Positions 12,490-24,014 of a stretch of 64,000 nucleotides of DNA are shown piece after piece. Under the pieces are notes generated by a model, which did not search any database, was not told the origin of the DNA, and worked only from the letters and a program-made list of their open reading frames with translations. This stretch comes from Chiloscyllium plagiosum (taxonomy: Eukaryota): positions 296,979-360,978 of the forward strand of contig NC_057751.1 in NCBI RefSeq assembly GCF_004010195.1, given 5' to 3'. The translations under genes were made by a program, and so were the position numbers. Numbering within the stretch: position 1 is the stretch's first letter; each line of letters starts with the position of its first letter.

Positions 12490-14610
12490 GTCAGGAAGAA
12501 CATCTCAATAGCAGGAGAGAGGCAAAAGTTTGTAATGAGGAAGGCTAAGAGGAAGAATGAGGAAAGGATGGCAGGCTACATTAAAACAAACATTAAAACA
12601 TTTGGTGAACTTATTAATAGTGAAAGATTAGCAAAGGACACAGTGAGGGCCCATAAGGAACAAGCAGGGTAAGCTGCTTATTGAAACAAAGGATATGGCA
12701 GAGGTACATCATGAGTACTTTGCTTCTGTTTTTACCAAAGTAGAAAAGTGTAACAATGGCCCAGTTGACAATGTGTGTGTTGAGCAACTGAGCAATACAG
12801 TGATAGATAAAGAAGAGTTGCTAAAGAGGCTACCAGGACTCCAGGTAGAGATGTCGCCAGGCCCCGATGGACTGCATTATAGATTGCTGAGACAGAGGTG
12901 AGGGAGCGAGTAACAAAGCCGTTGACAGCAATTTTCCAGGCCACTCTGAACACAGGATTTGCCCCAGGGGACTGAGGATTGGAAATGTGACACTGTTGTT
13001 TCAGAAATGGTCAAAGGATATTCCAGACCCATCAGCTTGATCTCAGAGCGGGAAAACTCATCTAAGCCATAATATGGGATAAGATAAATATATGCTTGGA
13101 GAAAAATAAGTTACTACTCAACAGTCAATGTAGTTTTGTCAAGGGCAGGTCATATCTGACAAATTAATTTGAATTTTTGATGAGGTTACACAGATAGTGG
13201 ATGAGGGCAATGCTGTGAATGTTGTACATTTGGACTTTCAGAAATTATTTGATACAGTGCCACAAGGCAGGTTGGTTAGCAAATTAGAAATGTTTGGGAT
13301 TGATGGGGCCTTGGCAACATGGTTTAGAAGTTGGCTAAAAGATAGCGTAGGTATAGATGGATATTTTCCAGATTGGAGGCAGGTTGAAAGTGGTGTTCCC
13401 CATGGATTGGTGTTGGGATTCTTGCTTTTACTGATTTATGTAAATGATTTGGAGATGAGTGTTGAAGGCAAAATCTCTAAATGTTCAGAGGGAGGATAGT
13501 GAATTGTGAGGACGACACCGAGCGACTTCTGAGGAACACTGACAAGTTGGCCAAATGGTCTGACACCTGGCAAATGAAGGTTGAGAATGTGGTGCTGAAA
13601 AAGCACAGCAGGTCAGGGAGCATCCGAGGAGCAGGACAGTCTATGTTTCAGGCAAGAGCCCTTCATCAGGATGATACCTGATGAAGAGCTCTTGCCTGAA
13701 ACGTTGATTCTCCTACTCCTCAGATGCTCACTGACCTGCTGTGTTTTTCCAGCAGCACACTCTCGACTCTGATCTCCAGTATCTGCAGTCCCCACTTTCT
13801 CCCACCTGGCAGATGAATTTCAATGCAGAGAAATGTGAAGTCATGCATTTTGGTAAAAGAAACATGAAGAGACAACACATGCTAATGGTACATCTCTGAG
13901 GGGAGTACAGGAACACAGGGAATCCACATGCATAATTCTGTGAAGGTGGCCAGGCAAGTTGAAACAGTTATCAAGAAGGTTTATTCAATCCTTGGGTTAA
14001 TAAATAGAGGCATAGTGTATAAAAGCAAGGAAGTGATGCTACACCTCTTTAAAAAGAAACCAATGGTCAGCCCACATTTAGAGTATTGTGTTCAATTCTG
14101 GGCACCTTAGCAAAGGAAAGATGTTAAAGCCCTGGAGAGAATGCAAAGGAGATTGAATAGAATGATACCATGAATGAATGAGGGATTTTAGATACATTGA
14201 AAGATTAGAGACATTGGGCTTATTCTCCTTGGAGCAGAGAAGATTAAGATGAGACCTTACTGAGATATTCAAAATTGTGAACAATTTTGATAGGGTAAAG
14301 AAAGATATCCTGATTTCACTAGTTAGTAATAAGGGGTCACAATTTCAAGATTTTCAGCAAGAGAGCTAGGAGTGAGATGAGGAGAAACTTCTTGACTCAG
14401 AATTGTTAGGAATGCACTACCTGGGAGAGTGGTGGAGGCAGGTTCCATAGGAGGTTTCAAAGAGAGTTGGACACATATTTCAAAGTGATGAACTTAGAGA
14501 GCTACAGAGGTAGGGCTAGAGAACAGGACTCGCTGGGTCACTCTATTCAGAACGGGGTCAGACACAGTGAGCCAAATAGCCTCTTTCTGTACTGTAAAAT
14601 TCTATGCTTC
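12490..14610 (+). mobile_element. Degenerate CR1 LINE (ORF2 RT region to 3' end)
   Basis: ORF fragments EYFASVFT, SPGPDGLH, VVHLDFQKLFD, HLEYCVQFWAP. Confidence 0.9.
13579..13802. mobile_element. Palindromic PLE terminal-repeat insertion within CR1
   Basis: Inverted arms meet at cttcatcagg-atgata-cctgatgaag. 15-bp TSD cacctggca(a/g)atgaa at 13564-13578 and 13803-13817. Confidence 0.85.
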
Positions 14611-15016
14611 TTTGACTAATGGGTGAGGTCAGAGTGATTACCTTTGAAACCACGGCAGCATTTGGCTCATGTGGCACAAAAGAGCTTCAGCAAAACTGGA
14701 AATGAATGGGAAAGAGGGAAATGACTCTCCATTGGCTGGAGTCATATCTGACAGGAAGGAAGATGGTTGTGGTTGTTAGAGATGGCTGGGCCCAGGACTC
14801 TATCCTGAAGAACTCCTGCAGTGATGTCTTGGAGCTGAGATGACTGACTTTCAGACCTAAGAGTGCACTTGGGTTTCTATTTACATGGCAGAGTTAATAA
14901 TGCAGATGAAATGGTTAATACTGTATATTGGAGATCTCTTCCTGCATTTCATGGGGTTATCTCAAAACTTCATACGGGTAATATTGTGATGCTGAATATT
15001 ACAAGCTGAATACAAG

Positions 15017-15321
15017 CAGTGGTTAGCACTGCTGCCTCACAGCGCCAGAGACCCGGGTTCAATTCCCGCCTCAGGCGACTGACTGTGTGGAGTTCGCACA
15101 TTCTCCCCGCGTCTGCGTGGGTTTCCTCCGGGTGCTCCGGTTTCGTCCCACAGTCCAAAGATGTGCAGGTCAGGTGAATTGGTCATGCTAAATTGCCTGT
15201 CGTGTTAGGTAAAGGGGTAAATGTAGGGGTCTGGGTGGGTTGCGCCTTGGCGGGTCGGTGTGGACTTGTTGGGCCGAAGGGCCTGTTTTCACATTGTAAG
15301 TAATCTAATCTAATCTAATCT
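15017..15321 (+). mobile_element. HE1-type V-SINE, slightly 5'-truncated
   Basis: cagtggttagcactgctgcctcacagcgccagagacccgggttcaattccc ... (TCTAA)n tail. Confidence 0.95.
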
Positions 15322-15745
15322 GAATTGTGACTACTGCAGGTTTAATTTTGAATATTAGATGCTCAATATTGTGCATTTCACTATCAATGCTGTTCCCAAG
15401 TTTTATAAAAGTACAGTTATAAAGACTAATACAAGACTCCACTGTGGAGTTCCTGAGTGGCCAATACACAGAATTCAATATGTTATTGTATTAGATTCTG
15501 TTTCTCTCTGAGGCACACTCATTCCCCGAGCTGCCACTGCTTGGATCCGGCAATTGTGTATAGCTTTCCAAATGGCCAATATTACTCATTCTTTTCCATA
15601 ACACTGAGCCAAACCACACACACATTTATTGCAAAGGGACTCTGCGAACTTGGAAGACAGAGAGGGCTGGGTTGATGCAGAACTATATACCAGTCTTCTC
15701 TCTGGATTAATTTCTCACAGTCAGGACACCACAGGAAAAACTTAC

Positions 15746-15780
15746 AGTTCTGTCACACCTTTCACTTCATCTTGGAGAGC
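15746..15780 (-). CDS. SORBS3: Candidate 35-nt SORBS3 upstream exon (ALQDEVKGVTEL)
   Basis: Donor CT|gtaagt, acceptor ctacttacttaag. Phase 0 to 2 joins the 19-nt microexon in frame. No homology support. Confidence 0.3.
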
Positions 15781-15939
15781 CTTAAGTAAGTAGGCAGTGA
15801 ACAAAATAATTCACAAAGATTTTCACTTTTCTAACGGGCGGACACAACTGCCAATTAGTGCACAATAAGTTCCTAAAAACAGCATTGACAGAATGTGCCT
15901 GTACCATTTTTTATATCCCCACATGAGGCTTCAATTTAA

Positions 15940-16115
15940 CAGCACTTTCTCAACACTGACTCTCTGACAGCACAGCACTCCTTCAGTACCGACCCTCCAA
16001 CAGTGTGACACTCCGTCAGTAATGACCATCTGACAGTGCAGAAATTTCTCAATACTGACTTTAACAATGCAGCACTCCTTCAGTACTGATCCTCTGACAG
16101 TCCGGAACTCACTCA
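15940..16115. repeat. Degenerate minisatellite, about 33-bp unit, about 5 copies
   Basis: Unit cagcactccttcagtactgaccctctgacagtg, repeated with mismatches. Confidence 0.8.
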
Positions 16116-16357
16116 ACATGGGGCTAGGACTGTCAGTCTTGCTCATTGTGCTGGAGTTTATCAAGAGGCACCTGAAGTTGCATCATTGTGGTGAAGAAGT
16201 GATTGGTTCTGATCATGATGCCTACTCTAGTTGAACCGCTGCCCCCTGTCTATATGCCACATTATGAGGTGCACAAGCCATTAAGTGTGAGGACACAGTT
16301 AACTGACCAGCACATCAAACAGCAATTTGGTTATTAGTTCAGCTCTGGTTACTGGTA

Positions 16358-16578
16358 GGAGAAAGTGAGGTCTGCAGATGCTGGAGATCAAAGTTGAAAC
16401 TTTATTGCTGGAACAGCACAGCAGGTCAGGCAGCATCCAGGGAACAGGAGATTTGACGTTTCGGGCACAGGCCCTTCTTCAGGAATCCTGAAGAAGGGCC
16501 TGTGCCCGAAACGTCGAATCTCCTGTTCCCTTGATGCTGCCTGACCTGCTGTGCTGTTCCAGCAATAAAGTTTCAACT
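16358..16578. mobile_element. Young palindromic PLE terminal-repeat insertion with a hammerhead motif on each strand
   Basis: 93-bp inverted arms (16392-16484 / 16486-16578) with 2 mismatches. 15-bp direct repeat ctctggttactggta at 16343-16357 and 16577-16591. Confidence 0.9.
16488..16515 (+). ncRNA. Minimal type I hammerhead ribozyme motif (mirror copy on minus strand at 16455-16482)
   Basis: CUGAAGA-A-GGGC(CUGU)GCCC-GAAA-C-GUC: CUGANGA box, helix II, GAAA box, GUC site, palindromic ACGU in place of helix III. Confidence 0.7.
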
Positions 16579-17739
16579 CTGGTTACTGGTACTCAGTTAA
16601 CCAAACAACATCGTCAAACCACACGACTGAACAGCAACAAACCACACTGACCCATCGATGAGATTCAGCACTGGAACTCCCCCTGGATAATCAGGTTTAT
16701 ATAATAAAACTCACCAAGATTGGACTCCAGTCTGTAAATCACTGCCAAACTCTCTCTGTAGTCTTGCTACTGAAGGGTTAAAGGCAAGACTGCCAGTTCA
16801 CTGAGCTGTGTGCGTCCATTCAAAGCTGTAGCTCAAGGGATCAGTGACTCACTGATCAGTTCCTGTGCCGCCCTCTGTGCTGTTCCTGGCACCAACTCTG
16901 TGAAACTTCGTAAAAGTAAAGTCCCTTCCTTTGTGGGAGAGAGAGCTGAGGCCAGCAGACGAGTTGGGTTGAAGGTACCTCCTCTTTCCCTCAGTTGTTC
17001 AATCAGTGGCACAGTTCTTGGCAGCTGGGGTAGTAGAAAGAGGGAGAATTGAGCAATGTAATTCAGGCAAAGTCTGTCGCTGCTTAATTAGCTTTATTGT
17101 TTCATGCTCACGTGAGCTGCATCAAGCTGGGGTTCTTAAAGAAAGAGCATTGGACTTAATATTTACACAGGCCTCACTACGCTGTGTTTGTGGCAAGAAC
17201 CACGACTTGGAGATCCAAGATTCAGGTGTGGGTTGCTGAAGCAGCGAGGGAGGTGGGATGTTGGAGAGGGAGGAATGGAGAGTGTTGGGGAGAGAAAGGG
17301 CAGTGTGAGGTGTGTGATAGGGTATGGTCATGGGGTAGCAGAGTAGGGTGGCAAGGGATGCAGTTAGTGCGTAGGTGGGGATGGGTGAGACAATGATGAC
17401 GATGAATTTGCTCTGATCAGAAACAACATTGAGCGAAGACAATAATGATCTGCGTTGGGGTCTTCACTCAAGCTCGAATACCCATTGATTTAGATGCTCA
17501 ATGAAGCTAGCTATCTGAGCAAGGGACATGAAGAGTAGCTGTCAGAGCAGCATCATGGCAGAACACAATAATTTTCAACATAAGCGTGAATGAAGTAGAC
17601 AGAGGCTCTCCCTTTCCTTCTGCAACTCCACTCACTGGTGTACTTAGTAAGCCACATCCAACAGAGTGTCAGCAATAGCTCATGTCACCCCAGAGTCTGA
17701 GTTCTGAGTACTCCCACTTAAGACACTAGAGCAAATACA

Positions 17740-18715
17740 GTCATGGACTCACAGAGATGTCGAGCAAGGAAGCAGACCCTTCAGACAACTTGTCCATGCC
17801 AACCAGACATCCTAAATTAATTTAGTCCCATTTTCCAGCACTTGGCCCATATCTCTCTGAACCCTTCATATTCATATACCTGTCCAGATGGCTTTTAAAT
17901 GTTATCATTGTACCAGCCTCCGCCACTTCCTCTGGCAGCTCATTCCAAACATGCACCACCCTCTGCATTTAAAAGATGCCCCTTAGGCCCCTTTTAAATC
18001 CTTTCCCTCTCACCCTAAACCTATGCTCACTAACTCTGGACTCTCCCATTCCAGGGAAAAAATCTTGTCTATTTACCCTATCCACATTCTTTACGATTTT
18101 ATACATCTCTGTAAGATCACACCTCAGCCTCCGATGCTCCAGGGAAAACAGCCCCAGCCTCTCCAGCCTCTCCTTAAAGCACAAACCCTCCATCCCTGGC
18201 AACATCCTTGTAAATCTTTGCTGAAAACTTTCAAGTTTGACAACAACATTCCTACAGGAGGGAAACCAGAATTGCACAGAATATCCCAAAAGTGGCCGAA
18301 CCAATATCCTGTACGGCCGAAACATAACCTCCCAACTCCTGTATTCAATGCTCTGACAAGTAAAGGAAAGCATACCAAACATCATCTTCATTATCCAATC
18401 TGCCTATGAGCCGACTTTCAAGAAACTATGAACCCGCACTCCAAGGTCTCTTTGTTCAGTAACACTCCCCAGGACCTTACCATTAAGTGTATTAGTCCTG
18501 CCCTGATTTACCTTTCCAAAATGCAGTACCTCACATTTATCTAAATTAAACTCCATCTGCCACTCCTCAGCCCATTGGCCCATCTGATCAAGATCCCGTT
18601 GTACTCTGAGGTAACCTTCTTCGCTGTCCACTACACCTCCAATTTTAGTGTCATCTGCAAACTTACTAACTATGCCTCCTGAGTTCACACCCAAAGCAAT
18701 TATATAAATGGCAAA
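17740..18715 (-). mobile_element. CR1/HER1 LINE 3' fragment
   Basis: [32 protein letters not shown] fragments. Confidence 0.92.
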
Positions 18716-18739
18716 AAAAATGCAATTTTTCCAAATTTT

Positions 18740-19630
18740 CACTTGATACAAAGCTAAATAGGAATGTGTGTAGTGAACAAGACGTAAAGTAGCGTCAGGA
18801 GAGTTTAGACAGGTCTAACAATTGGGCAAAAACATGGCAGATGGAATATAATGTTGAAAAATGTGACATTATCCACTTTGGTAGGAAGAACAGGTATGCA
18901 AAATATTTCTTAGTAGTGAGAGGCTAGAAAGTGTAGATGTTGGGACTAGGGTCCTTGTTGATAAGTCACTGAAGACTTAACAAATAGGAACAGCAAGTTA
19001 TTAAGAAGCCTATTGGAATATTGCCTTCTATTCTAAGAGGATTTGAGAACAGGAATAGTGAGGTTTTGCTTCAATCAGATAAGAGCTTGGTTAGACCCCA
19101 TCTGGATGCTGTGTGCAGTTTTGGTTTCCTTACCTCAGGTAAGATATTATTGCCAGCGAGGGAGTGAACAAAGGTTCACCCAGACTTATTCCTGGGATGG
19201 TGGAACTATGCTGTGAAGACAGACTGGTTAAACTGGGTCTGTATTCTCAGGGGTTTTGACGAAAGAGAGCTGATCTCATTGAAACTTTGGGTATACTAAA
19301 AGGGATAGACAGGTAGATGCAGGTAAGATGTTTCAACTGGTTTGGGAGTATAGAGCCAGGGGACACAATTTAAATAAAGAGGGGTACTACTTCAGTCCAA
19401 GGAGAATTTTTTTCACTCAACGGTGCTGAATCTTTGGAATTCTGTACCATGGAGGGCTGTGGAATCTCATTCCTTGAACATATATAAATACATTTCTGAT
19501 TGTCAATGGCATGCAGAGTTATAGAGAGTGTGATTAATAGGCATTTAAGTATTTAATCAGCCATGATCATCTTTAATATTACAATAGATACAATGAGCTG
19601 AATGGCCTAATTCTGTTCAAACATTCCTGT
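18740..19630 (+). mobile_element. Degenerate CR1 LINE 3' fragment
   Basis: tggcagatggaatataatgttgaaaaatgtga and ctttggaattct motifs, plus the 3' UTR gctgaatggccta. Confidence 0.85.
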
Positions 19631-20479
19631 CTACGTTGACGCATGTCAGTACTGAGAGAGTGCTGCATTGTTGTCAGGTCAATACTGAGAGAGTGCTGCA
19701 CTTCAGATGTAATTTTTTGTCACATGAGGCATTTAACACCACACTGTGAACTCTCTGAGGTTGACGTAAAAGATTGTATGGTGTAGTATGAAGATCAGGA
19801 TCACTCTCCATGGTGTCCTAGCAAATTCTTATCCCTGAAGCAACACCACGAAAGACAATCCCTAGTTATTATATCCTTGCTGCTTTCTGTCATCATTATA
19901 TTTCCTGCATTCTGACACTGACTGCAATCTGTTAATACCTATTCAAAACTCTTGTTCAGGGAAATGCACTTTGTTCTTTCAGAAAAAGTTAACCATTTCA
20001 ACTGGAATGTCCCACTGCTGTGTGTAAGCTGCCTCCAAAGGAAATTTTTTAATAGAAATTTTCTACCCAACATGTACAGGAACATTACAACACACTTCTG
20101 AAGCAGGTGGGACTTGAATCCAGTCTTTTGGGACATGTAAGGAAACTGTCACTGCACCACATGAGCTCTAGAAAGTTTACTTCTGTACTGAGGCCAGTTA
20201 AGGCCATCTTCACCAATGCAGTTTACAAATCCGCCTCATCACGATTGTAATTGTCTTACTGCCAACAATGGCCAAGCTATCCAGTTCCCATTTGGTTCAC
20301 TTTGTAGATTCCGCACAGATCCAGAAAGGCTGTGAACTGCTGATCATCCCTTGCCAAATTCCTACCCAGAAACAAAGCAATAAAGTCTGTATTCACCAAT
20401 CGGGCAACAGTGCCTCTGACCCTCTTATACAAAACAAGTCAGAAATTATGTCGAAGAAAACTGGGACAAGAGTGAAATA

Positions 20480-21325
20480 GACACCTTGGAGTGTGCACAC
20501 AGACACACAAAAAAAAGCATGCAAACACAAACAGACACATGTACAACTGACATAGGTGAAGAAACACAACAATGAACAGATATTCACACCAATATGAAAC
20601 ACAGACAGATAAATCCTCGGCGTAAACATAAGATTACGCACATGTAAACGTTCACCCGTTCACATACACGTGTGTGTGCACACAATAACACAGTCAAGTA
20701 TGCTTGCACAGAAAATCAAACACACAAATACATTGGAAAGTACACGCATACATACAAACACTCAAAATCAAATCCAGGAACATGCTCCTGAAGCACAGAT
20801 ACAAAGATCTATAACATGCAGATACAAAGATCTATAACATCTACATTCACAAATGGACACAATGTTCACCATGTTCACCTACATAATGAAACACATGATC
20901 AAACTTACACAAATCTGCTTAAACAGTAGGAAAGTCACAGCCACTGAGAGAGGCTCACTGGCACTGAGACACACTTTCAGATATGTTAATACTGCAACAC
21001 AAAGTGAAAACCAACTCCAAAACAGACAGACACCAAGACACATATTGACACACTCACAGACACTGTGACACAGACCGTAACATACACTGACACACTCTCA
21101 GACACTGCAATACAGATTGGAAAAGAGACTGATACGCTTTCAGACAGACAGATAGTGATACAGACTGTAACACAAACTGACACATTGTCAAAAGAAAGAT
21201 ACTGATACAATCTCAGGCACTGTGATACAGACTGTAACACACACTGACACAGACAGATAAAGTGATGTAGACAGTAACACACACTGACACAGTCTCAGAC
21301 AAACTGATACAAAGTTGTACACACC
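20480..21325. repeat. AC-rich low-complexity / degenerate microsatellite tract
   Basis: Recurring acacag / cacactgacaca / gatacagactgtaacaca units. Confidence 0.85.
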
Positions 21326-22399
21326 CAGAGTCATTCTATTCTGATCACACACAGTTTGTTCATGAGTCTCTCAGAAACAGATTAGAAGCAGCACATTGGT
21401 GGCTTCTGACAAAAACTGTTTATTCCAAACCAGCTGTGGGAATGAGAAAGACATTTCAGCTGCGCCAAGAATCTAGCTTAAAAATTGACTTACTGTTGCT
21501 CTGGCTGCGTTTCAGATGAGCTGCACTATGGTCGCTGACTGGCTGATTCTGCCTCCCTCGCTTCACCAGCTGGTCTAAAGTCCTCTTCTCAAGTTCGGCT
21601 TTTGATTGTAACTATTTCCTGTCACTCGTGAAGGACAGTGAGTTTGCTTGTGTGTGAGTGGAAGTTGAGTGTGTAAAACATTTTCATTTGCAGCAATGAG
21701 CGAGAGCAGAGAGGCTCGGCAGATTATTTACATGGAATCTGGCCCACGTTCAGAGCAACGAACTGGACATTAACTCACACAGTGCCTCTCAGAACCCTGC
21801 TGACAGAGACTGCTACTTCTGATTCTCCTGGGTAGGCTGCTTCGGGACTGGCTTAGGGTTCAGCCAGACTGTACCCACTGCATGGATATCTTCATTCACT
21901 GTCAGAGTCAGCACCAATAGCATAAGTCAGTCTATTGCTCCACATATACATGGCATCATTTTCCATTAAAGTCAATCACAGCTGACTTAATTTCTCCTTT
22001 CCAAATGCATGGACTGGTGACACAGGAGAAGGATTTCTACATTCGCCTGCAACTTCTTCATTTGGCATCACTTCACTCAACACAGAGGGCCAGCCTTTGG
22101 ATTTACCATTCTGCGACTATAGCCCCACACTAAGGAAAACAAACCCACCGCAACCCCTCTCTGTCCCACACTGGGCAGTGACCATGCCCCTCTCCTCGCC
22201 ACACACTGGGCAGCGCCTGCTGCCTGATACAGTCCCATTTTAAACACGCCACTTACCCATTGGATCCAAGGACTTTCACTGGTCTGGGTTGGTTCAGAAA
22301 ATAGCTAAGCTCAAATAGAGAAATCACCCAGAACACAAACAAGAGTTGGTTCTTTTAAGCGATAGGGTTTAAAAATTAATCCTGACTGGTGGATTGGGA

Positions 22400-24010
22400 C
22401 CTGGGAATGAAGCATAAATTGGTGAAACTTTGGTAAGTTGGAGGAGTGGTTGGATAGGTGGCAATGAGAAAGTATGAGGTGATGCACTTCGATTAGCAGT
22501 AAATAAAGCACACAGTGTTCTCAGCTTTAGTGATGGGGCATCGAATACAAGAGCAAGGAGGTGATGGCGAGCTTGTATAGACACTTGTTAGACCTCAGCT
22601 GGCGTAATGTGAACACTTTTACGTGTCACATTAGAGGAAAGATGTGAATGAATGGAGAGAGCACAGAAGGGATTTAACAAGAGTGGTTCCAGGAATGAGA
22701 AACTTCAGGCACGAGGATAGGTTGAAAATACTGGGACTTTTCGCCTTGGAGAGAAGAATGTTGAGAAGGGATTTGACAGAGATTTTCAAAATCATGAGTG
22801 GGGCTGGACACAGAACATAGAGAAACTGTTTCCGTTTATAAAAGTATCAAGAACAAGAGGGCATTGTTTATGATGAGTATAGTTTAATGTTTATTGGTCA
22901 GTACATACACAGTGGGTTGAAGAGCCTATTTCTATGCTGTATGACTCTATAACGTGTCATACAGCCTGCACGGGAAGACCAATTCTGGATATGGTGACAT
23001 GTAATGAGGCAGTTTTGATTCGGGAGCTGAAGGTGAAGAAATCCCTCGGGAACAGTGACCATAATATGATAGAATTCACTCTGCAGTTTGAGAGGAATGC
23101 AGAAAAAAAAAGTTCAGTTCTGTGTAAGAGCACTTCTGGGTAGAAAAGAAATCTCAGAATGAGCAATAAATCAGGAAGTGGAACGGAGGGAGGGACTCAG
23201 GAAAATCACAATCATCACAGAAGTGACATTGAGTAAATATTTGCAAATGTGGGCTGACAAGTGCCTGGAACCTGGTGAACTTTATCTCGGGTCTTCGAAG
23301 TATTTAGTGAGATAGTTGGCATATTGGTTTCAGTTTCCCAAGATGCCCTAAGTTTTGGCAGGAATCCATTCGTTTCTTGGATAGCAAATGTAAAACCTTT
23401 GTTTAAAAAAGAGATGGAGACAGAAGACAAGAAACTAGAGGCTGGTTAGTTCAACATCTGTCACAAAGCAATGTCAGAAGCTATCGTTAAAAATATTATT
23501 GCGGCGCACTATGAAAATTTCAAGGTAATCAGGCAGAATTAATTGCGTCAAGAAAGAAAAGTCATTTTTAAACAATCTATTGGAGTTCTTTGAGGAAAAA
23601 AAACACAGGCTGCAGATAAAGGGGAACTGGTGGACATATTGTACTGTCACTTCTGGAAAACATTTGATAAAGTGTTTGTTATTCAAAGTTATTGAGGAAA
23701 ATAAAAGCTCCTGCTTTATGGAGTACGGATAGAAGCTTGGCTGGCTAACAGGAAAGAGAAAGCAGATGTAAATAGGTCTTATTCAAATTGGCAAGATACA
23801 ACAAGTGGTATACCACAAGGATTGGTGCTGGGACCTCATGTGTTTGCAGGGTTGGAAGGTACAGTTGCCAAATTTGCTGATGACATCAAGAGATGTTGTA
23901 AATAAGTTGGAGAATGAAAAAAGGAGACTGTAGAGGGACGTCGATAAGTTAAGTGAGTGGGCAGAGATCTTGTAAATGGAACACAATGTGGAAGAATGTG
24001 AAAGTGTCAT
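22400..24010 (+). mobile_element. Cluster of degenerate CR1 fragments (RT 3' part, then EN-RT part)
   Basis: ILDMVTCNE, LGNSDHNMIEF, aaatttgctgatgac (KFADD). Confidence 0.8.
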
Positions 24011-24014
24011 TTTT

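Noticed and set aside
15940..16115. CRISPR-like periodic repeat
   Set aside because: Head-to-tail degenerate units with no unique spacers, in eukaryotic DNA, with no cas genes.
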